From Rhodosorus marinus CCMP1338 (Eukaryota; Plantae; Rhodophyta), in the NCBI GenBank assembly GCA_029953675.1, contig JAMWBK010000001.1, forward strand, positions 186,001 to 250,000: a stretch of DNA of 64,000 nucleotides. The letters are read 5' to 3'. The notes under the pieces were generated by a model. The model did not search any database and had not been told where the DNA came from. It saw nothing but the letters and a program-made list of their open reading frames with translations. Every line of letters begins with the position of its first letter. Position 1 is the first letter of the stretch. The position numbers and the translations under genes are program-made. Below are positions 46,846-60,311 of the stretch, in pieces.

Positions 46846-48553
46846 ATGAGTGCGAACCCTGTAGTCGAGGTCAACAAGTACTTGGCTGCTGCCAAAAGGA
46901 GCAGCAGATCGAGGCTGATCCTGGGCAACGAGTCTGCAGGTAAATCTGACCACATCCTACTTCACCTCACACTCAGCTCGACGGCGAGCTTGCCAGACTT
47001 GTTTAATTGACTCTGCACTAGAAGCTCACCCGCTTGCTGACAATTTTCCACGTGGACCTACAGATATGGACTCCATTGTGAGCGCTCTGGTTTTCGCGTT
47101 TGTCCGTACGAAGTCAACGAAGGATGTCTACGTACCAGTTATCAACACCGTGAAGCAAGATCTTCCATTACGAACGGTTCGTCGCCTTTGCTCGACGAGA
47201 TTGTTCAGAATCCTCTTTACTTACTACAGATCGGGAATATGCCGTGGCCGTCATCCCGATGTTTACAGGATGTGGCTTACCTCTTTGCCAAGCTGGGACT
47301 TGACATGAACACTCTAACGTTTGTCGACGAGGTTGTATCTGACCCCAGCGTGCCCAATTTCTTAATGAGAGGGACTGAAGTATTAGAAATCCTTTCTAGG
47401 TCGATTTTCGGACGGATGGAAACGAAGAAGTCGTCCTCGTAGATCACAATCGGCTAAGCGGATCTCAGGAGGTGAGACCAAACCCAGACACAGATTGCAT
47501 TTGAATCAGACTGAAGTCAAGTTGCTTGCCCCAGGCGCTCTCGGATCGAGTTACACAGGTCATTGACCATCACGCAGACGAGAACTTGTACACGAAAGCC
47601 AATCGCAAAATAGAGAGGGTAAGACGTTGCCACAACATCCAGTCCAAATGGATTGATGTCAACTCACGAATGGATCCGGTGTAGGTTGGCTCCTGTGCTT
47701 CGCTGATTGTCGAGGCACTGTCCTCGCAAGCTGAGAGGTCAATCTTGCTTGGAAACGAGTGCCTTTGTCGCCTACTGCTAGCGACGATATTGGTCGATAC
47801 AGTTAACCACGATGCGAAGCAGCTGAGGTGATAAGTGTCTGGTTCAACAAAGGGACATACTGCACGGAGCTGACCTGGATTTTCTCGTTTGCGCAGGTCA
47901 ACAGAGACTGACAGACGTGCGTGCGAGATCATACGCAGCGGCAGCAGCGTGGTGGATTCCGATGCACTATTTCTAAGCCTGCAGAAAGCGAAGTTTGATC
48001 AGTCGCGGCTTTCCTCCTCTGATCTGCTGCGAAAGGATTACAAGCAATGGAACCTGAATGGAATCAACCTCGGTATCGCTTCCACCGGATTGTCATTGGA
48101 GTCGTGGCTGGAGAGGGACGGAGATTCAGTACATAGCGAATTGTACCGCTACAAGGGAACCCAGAGTTTAAACATACTTATGGTCATGGGGGCATTTTTT
48201 GAGAGCCTCGACGAAGAGGCGGCCTCAGAGTTTAGGAGAGAGCTTTTGGTTCTCTCAGATGATGCCCGGTTGCTAACGTAAGTCGGCGATGTCGTCCTTC
48301 TGATTTTTGATCTCGTGGCCAGTGGTTCTGACTGATGGCATGTCCTGTCTGCCAATGGAAATTCCGATCTCACAGGTATGTCGTCGATGGATTATCAGAC
48401 GATAAGGCTGGACTGGAACTAGAGCAACTAGAAATACAACAGTTTTCAGGAGATGTCAGATGCTTTTCGCAGAAGAATATCAGAGCCAGCAGAAAAGCTC
48501 TTCAGCCCATGCTCGCAAAGCTACTCTCCAACTACCCATCCTCATCCGTTTGA
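46846..48553 (+). CDS. DHH-family exopolyphosphatase (PRUNE/PPX1)
   Basis: Motifs ILGNESA|DMDSIVSA, VPVIN...DLPLR, VIDHH, VGSCASLI, LLATILVDTVN, DLLRKDYKQW (DHHA2) and C-terminal ASRKALQP. Multiple short introns. Confidence 0.93.
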
Positions 48554-49336
48554 CCCCACCTGCATCAACCTATATTAACGAAAGGAGTGCCAAAAAAACA
48601 CCCCTCTAGATCTTCATGCCATATATATGGTACAATTTATTAAGGCTAGAACAATAAAATCGAGCAGCCAAAATATAGGCACGGTAGTACGTAGAAAAAA
48701 GAAACTGCAATTGGATGAGTGTAGAAAGTTAAAGGAATTGAAAGGGCGCCCCACTTTTATTGAATTTATACAATATGAGAACAAGAATTATTTAATTTCA
48801 TGGACGCACCTTCAATTTTTTTCGCTTATTCATCGAAAAAACTTACTCCTCCCTTTTATATAGGATATCAACGTTGCATGTGTATTCAGAATTAACTGCA
48901 CCGCACCACCACCCCTCCCCAGTACAATGACGCTTCGGGAATTCCTAAATGAGGTATTGGGGAGTGCGTTGAAGGGTTTTGAACAATTCTTGATGGGAGT
49001 TGTAGAAATTTAGAGGGGGGTGGAAAGTTATCGCATGGTTTTTAGTAAGTTTGCTGGGTTGGCGTTTCACCAGACAAGAGGTGTATCACTACGTTGCCAG
49101 TTGTGATGATAGTAATCATGGAGTAGTACTTGTGCTTGCCAGTTGGGCGTAGCTTTTGGGGTTTTGCAGGGTGTTCTTGTTCTTGTGGTGGGGGTGTATG
49201 GGGGATATTGAAAGAAAGATTGTAGGATAGAGTCACAGCTTTATGGAATTTGTAGTCAGAAGTTGGTTTGAGGTTTCTTAGGTCTTGAAGAGGTTGTTTC
49301 TCCTACCTTGTAAAGGGGGAGCTAGGTACAGCTAGA

Positions 49337-52300
49337 ATGTCTGGTCTTGGTGGTTCGTCGGACTCCGGGGTAGACACCCGGGAGCTGAACTTTTTGATCT
49401 TACATTCTCTGCTAAATGGTCCATGCGAGAAGAGCGCAAGAGAGCTAATGCGGGAAATGCAGGAGAAGAAGTTGCTTCCGTCGCAATATGATTGGAACGG
49501 AGACACTTCCTACCCGAGCTATTCGCAGCTTAGCAGGAAGTTCTCGCGTCTACCTCCAGACTACCTCCGCTCTTTGCTGAATGAGGTCCTCACCCAAGAC
49601 CAACTAAGGAGCAACTCGCTGCTCAATATTGGCAACGCCCCGAACAGTGAAGAGCTGCGCAGGAGAAAGCTTATAGAGCGAAGGAAGCGACCCCGAAGCT
49701 GCTTACAACTACTGCGGCAGAGAGCTGAGAGAGGAAAAAGAATGCCAATATCGATGTGGTCACCTGAAGATCTCTACAAGAACTTTCGAAAATTGAAGAC
49801 ATTGCGCGGTCATTCTGCTCCTGTGTACAGCGTTTCCTTTGATAGAGAGTCGCGGTTTATTGTCACGGGTTCCGATGATCACCTTCTCAAGGTGTGGTCC
49901 GCCGATACGGCCTACTTACGTCATTCTTTACGCGGCCATGAGAAGGACATTACGGCACTCGCCTTTCACCCTGAGAATACAATGATCGTTTCAGCGAGTA
50001 ACGATGGAACGCTCAGGGCGTGGGATCTGCGAAGCGGGGCTGAAATCGCGGTTCTGAAAGGCCACAGGAAGGCTGTATTGTGTGTAGCGTTCAGCCCGTG
50101 TCCTGACCGACCATATGTGCTGTCTGGGGCTGGTGACGGTACTTGCAGACTGTGGAATTCTGATGATTTTTCAATTGGTAAGTCCCAAACGTTAAGAATA
50201 TGTTACTCCGCGTTTCATGTGATTGATGAGAGCCTTAACTCTGTCCTCGTACAATAGGGAGCGTAACCATAGAGTTCCCACCTAAACGGTTTAAGCGGTC
50301 GCGCGGCCGGCATCATCCGCCTGATGATTTTGCTCACGCTGAGTCCCACGCGACTCCTGGGTTTGAGTCAAACACGCTGGGGTCACATGTCCAGGGCGCA
50401 AACAGTACGGTCAGCGGATCTCAATTGATTAGCATAGAGATCCTAAGCGTAAACTTCAACCCTGGCGGAACTCGGTTCGTGGTTGGTGGTACGGACTGTA
50501 CTGCGTACGTTTGCCAAGTACTTCCCAGAAGCCCGCCAAGAAAACCAGAGGTGAAACATCTCGCAACCCTCCGTGGTCACTCCGGGTTTCCCTACAAAGT
50601 TTCTTTCTCGCACCTTGGCGACAAAATCTGCACGGGGAGCAGCGACGGCACTGCGAGAGTTTGGAGTCGAGCTCGGTGTCCGGATGGGCCAAGTTCTCGA
50701 ACTCCTCGATCGAAGAAGGTTACGTCGACGTGGGCATCCATAGTGCTGAATGTCAGGGTGGCAACAACACTCAGTAACAACAGTGTCCCGGAACCACCTG
50801 CGGGAACGTCCTCAACTGTTGGTCGCATTCGTCGGCATTTCGGTAATCCGGAGGTTACTGCTGTGGTCTGGACGATTGACGACAAGAGGCTAGTAACTTC
50901 GTGCAGTGACAACCTGATTCGTGTCTGGGACGCGAACAACGGCCAGCTCATTCACAGTCTTGATTTCCACAAGAACCAAGTGTTTGTCCTTGACTCACAT
51001 CCGTTGGACAAGCGCATTCTTCTTTCAGGATCCTACGACGGAAAGTGTGTGCTTTGGGATATAGAGAAAGGAACAACTTTGCACGTTTTCGACCCGCCTG
51101 ATGATTCATCGGAGGACGTAGTCGGGAAGCGAATGGTTGTCGATGGAAGGTGGGCACCGAACGGGTTGATCTTTGCTATATCAGACGATAAGGGTTGCAT
51201 GTCGATGTACAGTATAGGTGACGGAGAGCAAACGAAGCAGGCACCAGAGCAGCAGTTTTTCATGAAGGACTATGCAGGGTTAGCGCATGATCAGCGAGGG
51301 AATACCCTCGACGAGCAGCTGCGCGTACCTCCGCACCGAATTCCTCAGGGACCTCTGTGCGATGCGTACATGATCCCACACCCGCCATCTCAACAACCTA
51401 TACGCTTCGTCAAGCCAGGGAGTTACAACTTTTCCAGCAGTCCTAGGAGTGCGTCCACGATGAGAGCTGAGCTGATCGCGAGAGCTGAGGCTTTTCGCCG
51501 CCGAGAAGTCGAGGAGGAAAAACGACTCGCGAGGGAGGCTTACTTCTACGGAAGAGAACGTACTCCTGCGGAGGCATTGTTACGCGCCCGGAGAGAGAGG
51601 GAGGAACTAGAGTCTGGTAGCTACTCCGCACCGCGTAGTACATTATCACGGCCTGAGGACGGGGACTTGTCCATGGCAGCTTTGGATACTTTTGAAAACC
51701 CGGAGGATTCGCATTCAGAACCTGAAAATGATGCAGAGTGGAGCTTAAGGGATATCAACCGTAGCAATGCAGCCGGCGCTATGACAAGCGAGAACCAACA
51801 AGTCGTAAGCGAGGGAGATACTGCGCTGCGCAGCGAGCGCAGGGAGGGCGAAGATTCTCAGACTCGATCCCTAGCTGCTCAAGACTCGGTTACGGCAAAC
51901 GAAATGGAGACCCCAAGTCCGCTTGTCCAGAGCAACCCACATGGTGCTGTTGAGTTGCGTTCTCGTCGGTTCCGACAGTACGTCCATGATGGTACTGCAC
52001 TAAGGAACGCGGAGATGGATTCTGCTAGCGCATTTCGAAGGTCGAAGTCACTTGAGGATGCCAGGACGGAGGTACAGGACTCTTTTGCTATGGAAGGAAC
52101 CAGAGTGGAGCAGATGTCTTCAATTGCGTTCCTGCGGGAGGATCAGAGATCTGTTGCTGCTACCGAAAGCATCGGACAATCGCATGAACAGGGATCGATA
52201 GCGGCCTCGGAGAGCGTTGGAAAATCGGAAGCAGCGGAGGCCAGGAGGGGACACATCGTGCAAGGCAGCGGGGTTGTTTATGACCAGCACTCACGGAGAA

Positions 52301-54225
52301 CCTTTAGCTCGCGATCTGGTTCTGAATCACCAACCAGTGCAAAACTTGAAGATGGCAGGGGAAGTGGAATACCTAGAAAACGTCAGAGGCGTACGCAAGA
52401 GGGGGCGAACTCGCCTAGCGGAACGAGGATGGTGGAACGGAATGAGCCAAAGAACGTTGGCACCATCACAAAACGCAACCGTCGGCGATCAGAGCGGGCA
52501 AACAGAAGCAATGCAGGAGTTGGTCGAGTCAGTCTCGGGTTAGAAATAGGCTCTGGGAAACTTAAGCCAACGCAGTATATTGAGAGGAAGCGGGATGTGG
52601 TTCCTGAACGTTTCTTGCTGGAAACGATACCGCTCAGCGCTTCAGAGTGGTTGCTTTGCACGGATGCAAATGAAGGAGAGTACGTCCCGCAGGTTGGCGA
52701 TCGAGTTGTGTACTTTCCACAAGGGCACCAGAGCTTGGTTGAGGCAGAGATCGAAAATGGTATTTGGAACCCGGATGCTGCGAACACGTCGATTCCGAAG
52801 TCTAGAGATGGCGAGCCTTCGGTGTTTGAGGTCATCCGAATTGAGTATAAGATCACTCAATGTATTTTCACCGTTGATCGGGAGAAAAAACAGAGTCTTT
52901 GGGACGATGTTAGGAACGTTGCAAGACTTTTCCTCAAGCGTGTTGACGGTGAGTAGCACTGAGACTTCGAGAAGCGAGACCTTGATTAGATTTAAGCGTT
53001 AATCAATATCTTTTCGATTCTATTTATTTCTTTGATTCAGCAGGAAAGGAAGACAGCGAACTGTACCTTCTGAATTACTATCCTGTTGACTCTGTACCTG
53101 AGTATGTTGTTCTCGAATCCAGAGTTTCATCCTCAAAGTCGAAGACCTGGAAAATCGGAGAGAAGTTCCGAATGTTGTTCATGGACGAAAAGCGGACTGG
53201 GGTGTTCTACACTGGCCGAATTGTCAACCTTTCACCTGATATGGAGTCTCGGCCGTGGAATAGTATTGAGGTCCAGTGGGAATCGGAGAACGACCCGGAC
53301 CGTGGTGCCAGAATGTTCGTCAGCCCATGGGAGTTGGAACCGATCGATGGTGGAGAACAGCCATCACCAGTATCTGAGAATGGCAGACGTGGTGAGTTTC
53401 GGAGGACTAGGGGACCCCTTTAAAGCTCGAACAAAGGTGTTGAACCCGCTTTTGTTGTTCTTGTTCCTTTACAGTGCGTCACCTCTCTAACAGAATTGTA
53501 TCAGCGGTTACACATCAACTCGAGGCGAACGAAGCTTTTCGCGTGCTAGCGTCCCCGCTGATTGTACCTGTGCAGGAGCTGGCGAAGAAGGTTGGGTATA
53601 CAAATCTAATTCCTTGCCCATTGGTATGGCACTTCACATATACATCTTGTTGCGACCTTCGTTTGGGCCACACGCTAACTGCCAGCACCTTCATTTTCCC
53701 CCTCCGCAGACGTTAAGTACCTGGCTTGGCCGATTGAAGAACCATTTCTACAGACAGGAAAGCGCGATTGTGGAAGATTTGAATCTGCTCCGAGCAAACA
53801 CTGTTGCGTATAGCCCATACGATGGTGAATCCGCTGCACGGATGACTGAAACCAGTAAGTGGCTGGTACAGGCTGTGAATAAGTGCCGAGCTGAAGGCCG
53901 CCAACAGAAAAGGACTCTGGATACCAAGAGCACCGAAGGCGCTGGTGGCTACAACGCCTGTACTAGCGCCAACAACGAAGGACAAATACAAGCTCTGCCT
54001 CATGGATCGCCTTCGGTGAATCACGAGACAGATAGCACGATGCCCCCTCCAACCGACGTACGAGCTACGCTGCACCACGAGAACAGCGTCATCTCTGGTG
54101 CCGCAGCCGAGAGTACAATTAGCTACGGGGGCACAAAAACAGTGGGGGGTGCAACGGAAAGCGGTGAGGAAGAAATCTGGCCGGGTGTTGTTCATCAGTC
54201 AAGAAATCGCGTCGGCAAGAAATGA
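49337..54225 (+). CDS. BRWD/PHIP-like protein (WD40 propeller, cryptic Tudor, single divergent bromodomain)
   Basis: N-terminal ELNFLI...LLPSQYDWNG...YSQL...LPPDYL, multiple GH...WD repeats, PEQQFFMKDY, YVPQVGDRVVYFPQGH, SPWELEP and a bromodomain-like RLKNHFYRQ...EDLNLLRANT. Confidence 0.92.
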
Positions 54226-55461
54226 GCGGGATGGACTATTTTTGTGGAATTGACTAACAGCTTTAAGCAGGAGTCGAGCTTACCACAGCTCATAAGAAGT
54301 AAGAGACGGACTACAACTACGTGTACATATATACCTAACAGAGCTATTAAAGAACGAAAACGAAACCAGAACTACTCACGTACCACTTGGCTACAGTTAA
54401 GCGTCGTCTTCAGATGAAGCTCATTTCTATGTTCGCGTTCGAGAATAAGGAGCCACATCCTGACCTTGCAAGTCGTGAAGAAGTGCCTCCCGAAGCGGTG
54501 TCAGATTAAACCTCGATCACTACACGCACTGCACGTCCTTTAGAGTGGGAGGAAATTCGGCCTATGAAGTCTTAAGGCTTCAGGGGGGATTCGAGAACCC
54601 CGGATGGTTCAGGTGGCACTGCCGCGATTTGGGCATCCGAAAATTCTTCTGGGATCAATATTAAAGGGTCAGCGATTACGCCGCTCAGGAGAACTCTCCA
54701 TCGCGCGCTCGCAACAAGCAGATATTCCCTGCAAACGCCAAGCTAGTTCCAACCCCCAGCGCAGCAACAACCAGAGAAATATATAAGAACATATCTGTAC
54801 ATCTTAAAAATATCTCAGATGGGTCATATACTATAAGAATTACACAAAATTTTCAATCGTCAGCTGTGGAACAATGGGAGCTTCGATCATGACCAGGGAC
54901 ACGCGATCGTTTGGGAGGGTGTTGTGGCCGTCAAAGGGAAACGCTTTGTTCACAAATCTGTTTGCGTTCGTACTTTTTTGATTATTTGTAGAAAACTACT
55001 GTCCATCGAAAGGAAGCCAATCTTCCTGAGCCGTGTGGGGTTTGCGTCATTGTGCAAAGGTTTGATTTGAGGCTCAAGAAGTTGTTATTGCGAAGTGTGT
55101 GCCCTCGTAGCCTTCTTTTTTTTGGTTTTTTGTTTTGGTTTGCAGTGAGGGAGAGGATGGAGGTGACGCCTGGCAAATGGGAGGATGGAGCAAAGATGAA
55201 GTAGATCTGAGGATACGCAGGTTGCTTTTTTTTTGATAAGCTTACAACGTTTTTTGAGGATGAATAAGTTTGGTGTGTCGTGCATCGGTTGTGGTTGGGT
55301 TGAAGTGACTTTTCACGGATTTTCAAGCTTATGATCTGTGTTGATTTTTTGGGAGGTTTGTCTCGATATCCCTACTGTTCTTGGGACATTTAAGTCTCAA
55401 GTTGTAAGTGGAGACTGGTTTCAGGCTATCTAGCAGAAAAGAACGTGGCCTGTCTTATCTC

Positions 55462-58400
55462 ATGGAGGCTCCATCTGCTGTCTCATCTGCACCCGCTCCG
55501 AGGCCTGGGGGGTAAGAACTTTCCTTTTGCCAAGTCACCATGGAGACAAACATTCTTCCGTCGATTCTGGACGATGATCTAAGATTGTCACCATGAATTT
55601 TGGTTCTTGATAGTCACCGTGAGTTCTTGAAGCAATGGGAGATCAATGCGGAGCTGCCTGAGAATCAGAAAGAGTTGGTAGAGGTGGTGGAAACCGTAGT
55701 CACGTCACGCCGGGTTGAATCTGGGGGTAAAGTTGCCTCAGGGAAGATGCCCTCACTGCAACTGGCCCCGGAGGAGCATTCGGCTACCGGTGACTCGAAC
55801 AGGAAGGAGGACAGCAAGGTGGCTGGATCTGACAATAGTGAGTTTGATTCCCCACGGTTTGAAGATATTGACCATTTCGTGGAATCAGATTCGTTTTTGT
55901 CCTGTGAAGAAGTCGTCTTGCTGACAACCCCCTCGGGTTCCTGGTTTGTCGCTAGGTTCGGCACTCGCCTTCGGTGATGAGCTCAAAGCTCTGGGGAAAG
56001 TAAAAACCACTGAAGGATTCAGGAAATGGTACGAGGAAATTGAGCGAAGACTTGATGAAGCTAACGAGAAGAAGTACCACAGCTTGATAGAGGGTTTACG
56101 AGCTGGGCTCTCCGCATGTGGGAATCTACGAGAAATGATCTTGGAATCGCAACGAGACCTTATGGCCGTGAAGCAGGAGAGGAAAAACGTGACGGATATT
56201 ACCGCAAGCGTGAAATCTGCGTGCGAGAACCTGGTCTCCGAAAGAAACCAGCTTGTTGAATTGGCTGGAGCTTTGAGACGCCGACTAACTTACTTTGAGC
56301 AACTGGAAACTCTCTCACTGAAACTCGGGCACGGAAGGGGTGCGGTTTCACCAGATAATCCAGAATTTTTGAAGTTGTTGTTCAGGCTGGATGAGTGCAT
56401 CGCCTACGCAAGCTCTTCCACGGGAACCGTAGCTGAGGCGGACGGGTATCTGGCTCGGTTCCTTGATCTTCAGCGACAGGCGTTTACGTCAATAAAGGAT
56501 TTCACTGTGTCGGAGTTGAAGTCCGTCACTCGACAGGTCTTGAAGGTAAGTTACCGGATTAGGCGAAGATTTTCGCATCCCAAGCTTACGGAGATGGTTA
56601 GTTAGAATGGACTGCTGAAACTTGTATTTACCATGATCAGGAACTTCGAGAAGGAAGTACAGCAAGCTCTAAAACAATTGGTGACCTTACTGACGCATCT
56701 ACGGAGTATCTTCGTTTTCGAACTATCGCGACGGATATAAAACAGTTGATGACAGAGCTACACACTAGAAGCACGGAGAAAGCTACCGCTGGGGGTGGGA
56801 GCGGGACACAGATCCCGTACTCGCCTGGTGCTATGCCTTCGAATCCCGCATATTCCACACGATACTTTGCACTAAACTTGCTAGGTGACTGCGAGGAGTG
56901 CTACACTGAACAGCGCCGCTTGATATTGGTAAGGTTATAGTTGGGAGCCTGCGCAGTGGCATCTGCGGAGAAGAGCTCGGTCTGCGAGAGGGTCTGACCA
57001 GTCGGCTTGTTGCTTTACGTTGTATCAGGAGTCAACGGTGATTAGGCATATGAAGATTCTAGTTAGTTCCTTGCCAGCTCTGGACGCTTTCGCGAGGGCA
57101 GCCTCCAGATTCACTCTACAACTGTGTCAAATGGAGAGCACTTTGTACAAACACTTTTTTTGCGTAGAGGAAGATGACAGGGATTCCCCTGCTCTCGTGT
57201 CATTGCTCGACTCGTTCTGCAACGTATTCTACGAGGAGCTCCGATCGAAGGTTCTCCAGGAAGTCGACCTTGGCACGCTTGTTTACCTTGTTGACATCCT
57301 CCAAACGGAGGTGATGACCGTTGATGCGCAACGGAAAAGGGTTGAAACTGCGTCGTTTGCAGGCGCTTCTTCTCGGGTGATTGCAGACTCCCAAGAGAGG
57401 TAGGCAAAGAACGCATACTGAACCCCGTTACTAGCACCCGTTTCCGGGCCCTGTTCTGACTAGCTTCAACATAGTGAGTATCATTAACTTGTTTGTTCTA
57501 CTGTGAAACTGCTCAGAATTATTTATCGGTCGCAGATTTACATACAAGAAGATATCAAGAATTTTGTTCCTACTAGCGCGCAACTAGACTATCCGAGGAT
57601 GATCTTGGAAGCTAGTGGTGCTTCAAAAAATGGAAGCAAGACGTCGGATACAAAAAGTGGACCTCCGAGAAGCCTTCACGCGAACTGGTACCCACCCTTG
57701 GAGAAAACACTGAAGCTTCTTTCCATGCTCTACAGATGTATCGATAGCGAGGTGAGAGCAAGACAAAGTAAATTTTCTATTTGCAGAACCGTTCGCACTC
57801 GGAAGACTGCAAAAAGCCCCTGTTAAGAGTTCGCTATAGTTTGACAAGAGATACTATCAAATAATCTGCGCAGGTTTTTACCAGCATCGCGTCGGAGGCC
57901 GTGGCCGTTTGTGTCAACTGCCTTGTGAGCGCCAGAGATAGGATAGCTGGAAGCGGGGCAGAAAAGGCAGAGGACCACGCGGAGCTATTCCTGATTTGGC
58001 AACTCTTAATGTTGAGAGAACAAACCGCTCCGTTGGATGTAAATTTTGCGTTTGTCGACCGAGAGCTGAATTTCACAGAGCTCAGAGGTATGCTTGGAAG
58101 CGTGATAAGAGGTCAGGCTTCCGTTCGGCTGTTGGCCACGCCTCCTGCTGCAACAAGAGAAAGGGTCGTTGACTCTTCTCAAGACTTGGACAACGCTTTC
58201 TTCAAAGCATGCGAGGCTTTTGTTCTGCGCTTAACCAGAACCTTTCTCGACCCAATTCTGTCATTCCTTGCAAAGTGCAACGCGCTTCCGGTAAGCGAAT
58301 GATGCAAAGCATTCTCAGGTTGACATACGATCAGCCGTCTGAAAGTAGAATCAAAACGTCGGTGCGATGCTTTTGTGAATAGGCGAACAGGAACACCCCG

Positions 58401-58913
58401 CTGAGCCACCCATCATCACCGTCATTGAAAGCCTATGACGGGAAGACATTTGAGTCAATGAAACAGACGGAAGGCAGCTTCCTACACAGTGAAAGCATCA
58501 TAGCCGTTTGGAAGGATACGGAGGACCGAATACAAACGGAGCTGGCGTCCGTAGTTGGCGACCTGAAGTTGTACATTAAGAAACCTTCGTCGGCTTCAAT
58601 CCTGCTGAGTCCTGTCCGCGCAAACTTCCAAGAGACATTTAGTGAGTATTTGAATCAATCCTTGTGTACGCTGCTCAACACCTAGGTGTAGGGCTGAACC
58701 ATTTTCAACCGCTTTTCTTGATCCTGGACAGACGAACTCCTTTCCGCTCTGCAAACTCGGTATACACTAGAGGAACGGGAAGAGATCGGAATTGACGGAA
58801 GCAAAATTGAGGCTCTGATGGCCAGAGTGGATGATGTTATGGATATAAATCCTCACCCATCCTCCTCTAAGAGCGCGAACAAGGACTCCATTGAGCCTCG
58901 CGCAGAGAGTTAG
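55462..58913 (+). CDS. COG3: Conserved oligomeric Golgi complex subunit 3 (Sec34)
   Basis: Motifs FRKWYEEIE, ACENLVSERNQL...LTYFEQLE, RLDECIAY, YRSQIYIQEDIKNFVP...DYP, WYPPLEKTLKLLSMLYRCID, LFLIWQLLMLREQTAPLD. Final exon stops at 58911-58913. Start codon is tentative. Confidence 0.93.
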
Positions 58914-59528
58914 GTTATTTTGTGTAGAACCGACTTCGCGTCTTCGACAAGAGAAGCCGTGACTAAAGTCCTCCAGGCAGTTTCATTCAAGTCAGAAGGA
59001 TTGTTGGTTGACCGCAGGCTTTAGGTACTGACCCTCTGCAAGGGCGACCCAAACGTATTGTCTCCGTTTCAATCCCCCGTGCACGGAAAAAGCTCAAGCG
59101 ACAGGTCACTCCACCATGCTACAACAATATGTGAATATTTGCCACAGGTTGCACCAACGCATCCATCTCCGCTAGTAGACAACTCCGTACAATTCAGGTG
59201 CCGCAATCTGTCATTGGCATCGGTCACCACTCGCATTTGACTATCAAACGGTAAGAAGTTATTTTCTAAGCAGCTCCATTGGTAACAGCCAACGGATCCA
59301 GAATTAATAATGATTGAATATCCTCATAAATGATTGATCCATATTTGGCGGGACCTGTCTCTAAATCATGAGGAGTACGCTATATTATGCATAGTACCCC
59401 TCACATACAGCTTAATTTTAACTCGAATAGTCCTTCATCTAAATAAAAGTTCAATATGGTTTAAATTTACTATCGCCGCATAGTCTCACCACGGAGTGAC
59501 CGTCGATGGTCGTTGGATGTAGGAAGCT

Positions 59529-59565
59529 GCATTTCCTCGCCCTGCCCTTCAGGGCGAGGAAGTGC
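59529..59565. other. Isolated 16-bp GC-rich stem-loop (5-nt loop) in intergenic DNA
   Basis: GCATTTCCTCGCCCTG-CCCTT-CAGGGCGAGGAAGTGC: 15 Watson-Crick pairs plus one G-T pair. Confidence 0.85.
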
Positions 59566-60311
59566 GATTTTAATCAATCAAGGGAGTGAACAGTGGTTTT
59601 AACTTCGCTTGCGTTGTAGGAATTCTCTGATACAATCTACTTAACGACAGATCAACACTCGATTTTCCCCCCTTTTCGAGAATGTCTTCCTTTCGTGCAT
59701 CGAACACGTCCATCTGTACAGCCACGCTAAAATGGATGTTCGTATCACGGATCAACTACAACTGCAGTATCTCTGCAGCTAGCACAAAATGTGGACAACA
59801 TCACACTAGACGTAGTTCAGAAACAAGCGACAAGCGCTTCCGACCTCGAGTCTAAACGCACATCATCGCTGCGCTAAAACTGAAAAAACTGGAATTTAGA
59901 GAAATGTTCACGTCGGTCGTCTCCTTCGAAGATCAGGGCATGGAGGAGTTCATGCACAACTAGATCGACTTCCATTGCAGGTCAGGTAGATAGGGATGAC
60001 CTCTTTGATTCTATTTTTGAAGGCGGGATCTTGTGTTTAATACGATCTATTTTGTTGCCAAGGCTTGGGAGTCATTGAGAGAGGCAGTCGTCTTGTGGTT
60101 GTGGAAGGTTGGAACACAAGGGTTTGTGGTAGTCAAACAGACGTGGATCGTCTTTCTGTTTTAGGTAAGGGCCCAAACGATTGAAAGGTCGGGGATTTGA
60201 GTCCAGAGTCTCGCGAGGGAGATCGCGACTTGGGCAAGGCAGATAGCCTGGTTGGAGTGGACCCGCCTGCTGTGATTGTAGTAACTTTGGAGGAAATCGG
60301 AGATCTACACA

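Noticed and set aside
54526-54553. CACTGCACGTCCTTTAGAGTGGGAGGA, resembling an IS605-type right end
   Set aside because: Only a 4-bp stem and no adjacent transposase-like residue pattern.
54583-54602. GGGGGGATTCGAGAACCCC, resembling a reversed tRNA T-arm
   Set aside because: Two extra bases disrupt GGTTCGAATCC, and no acceptor, D or anticodon arms can be folded around it.
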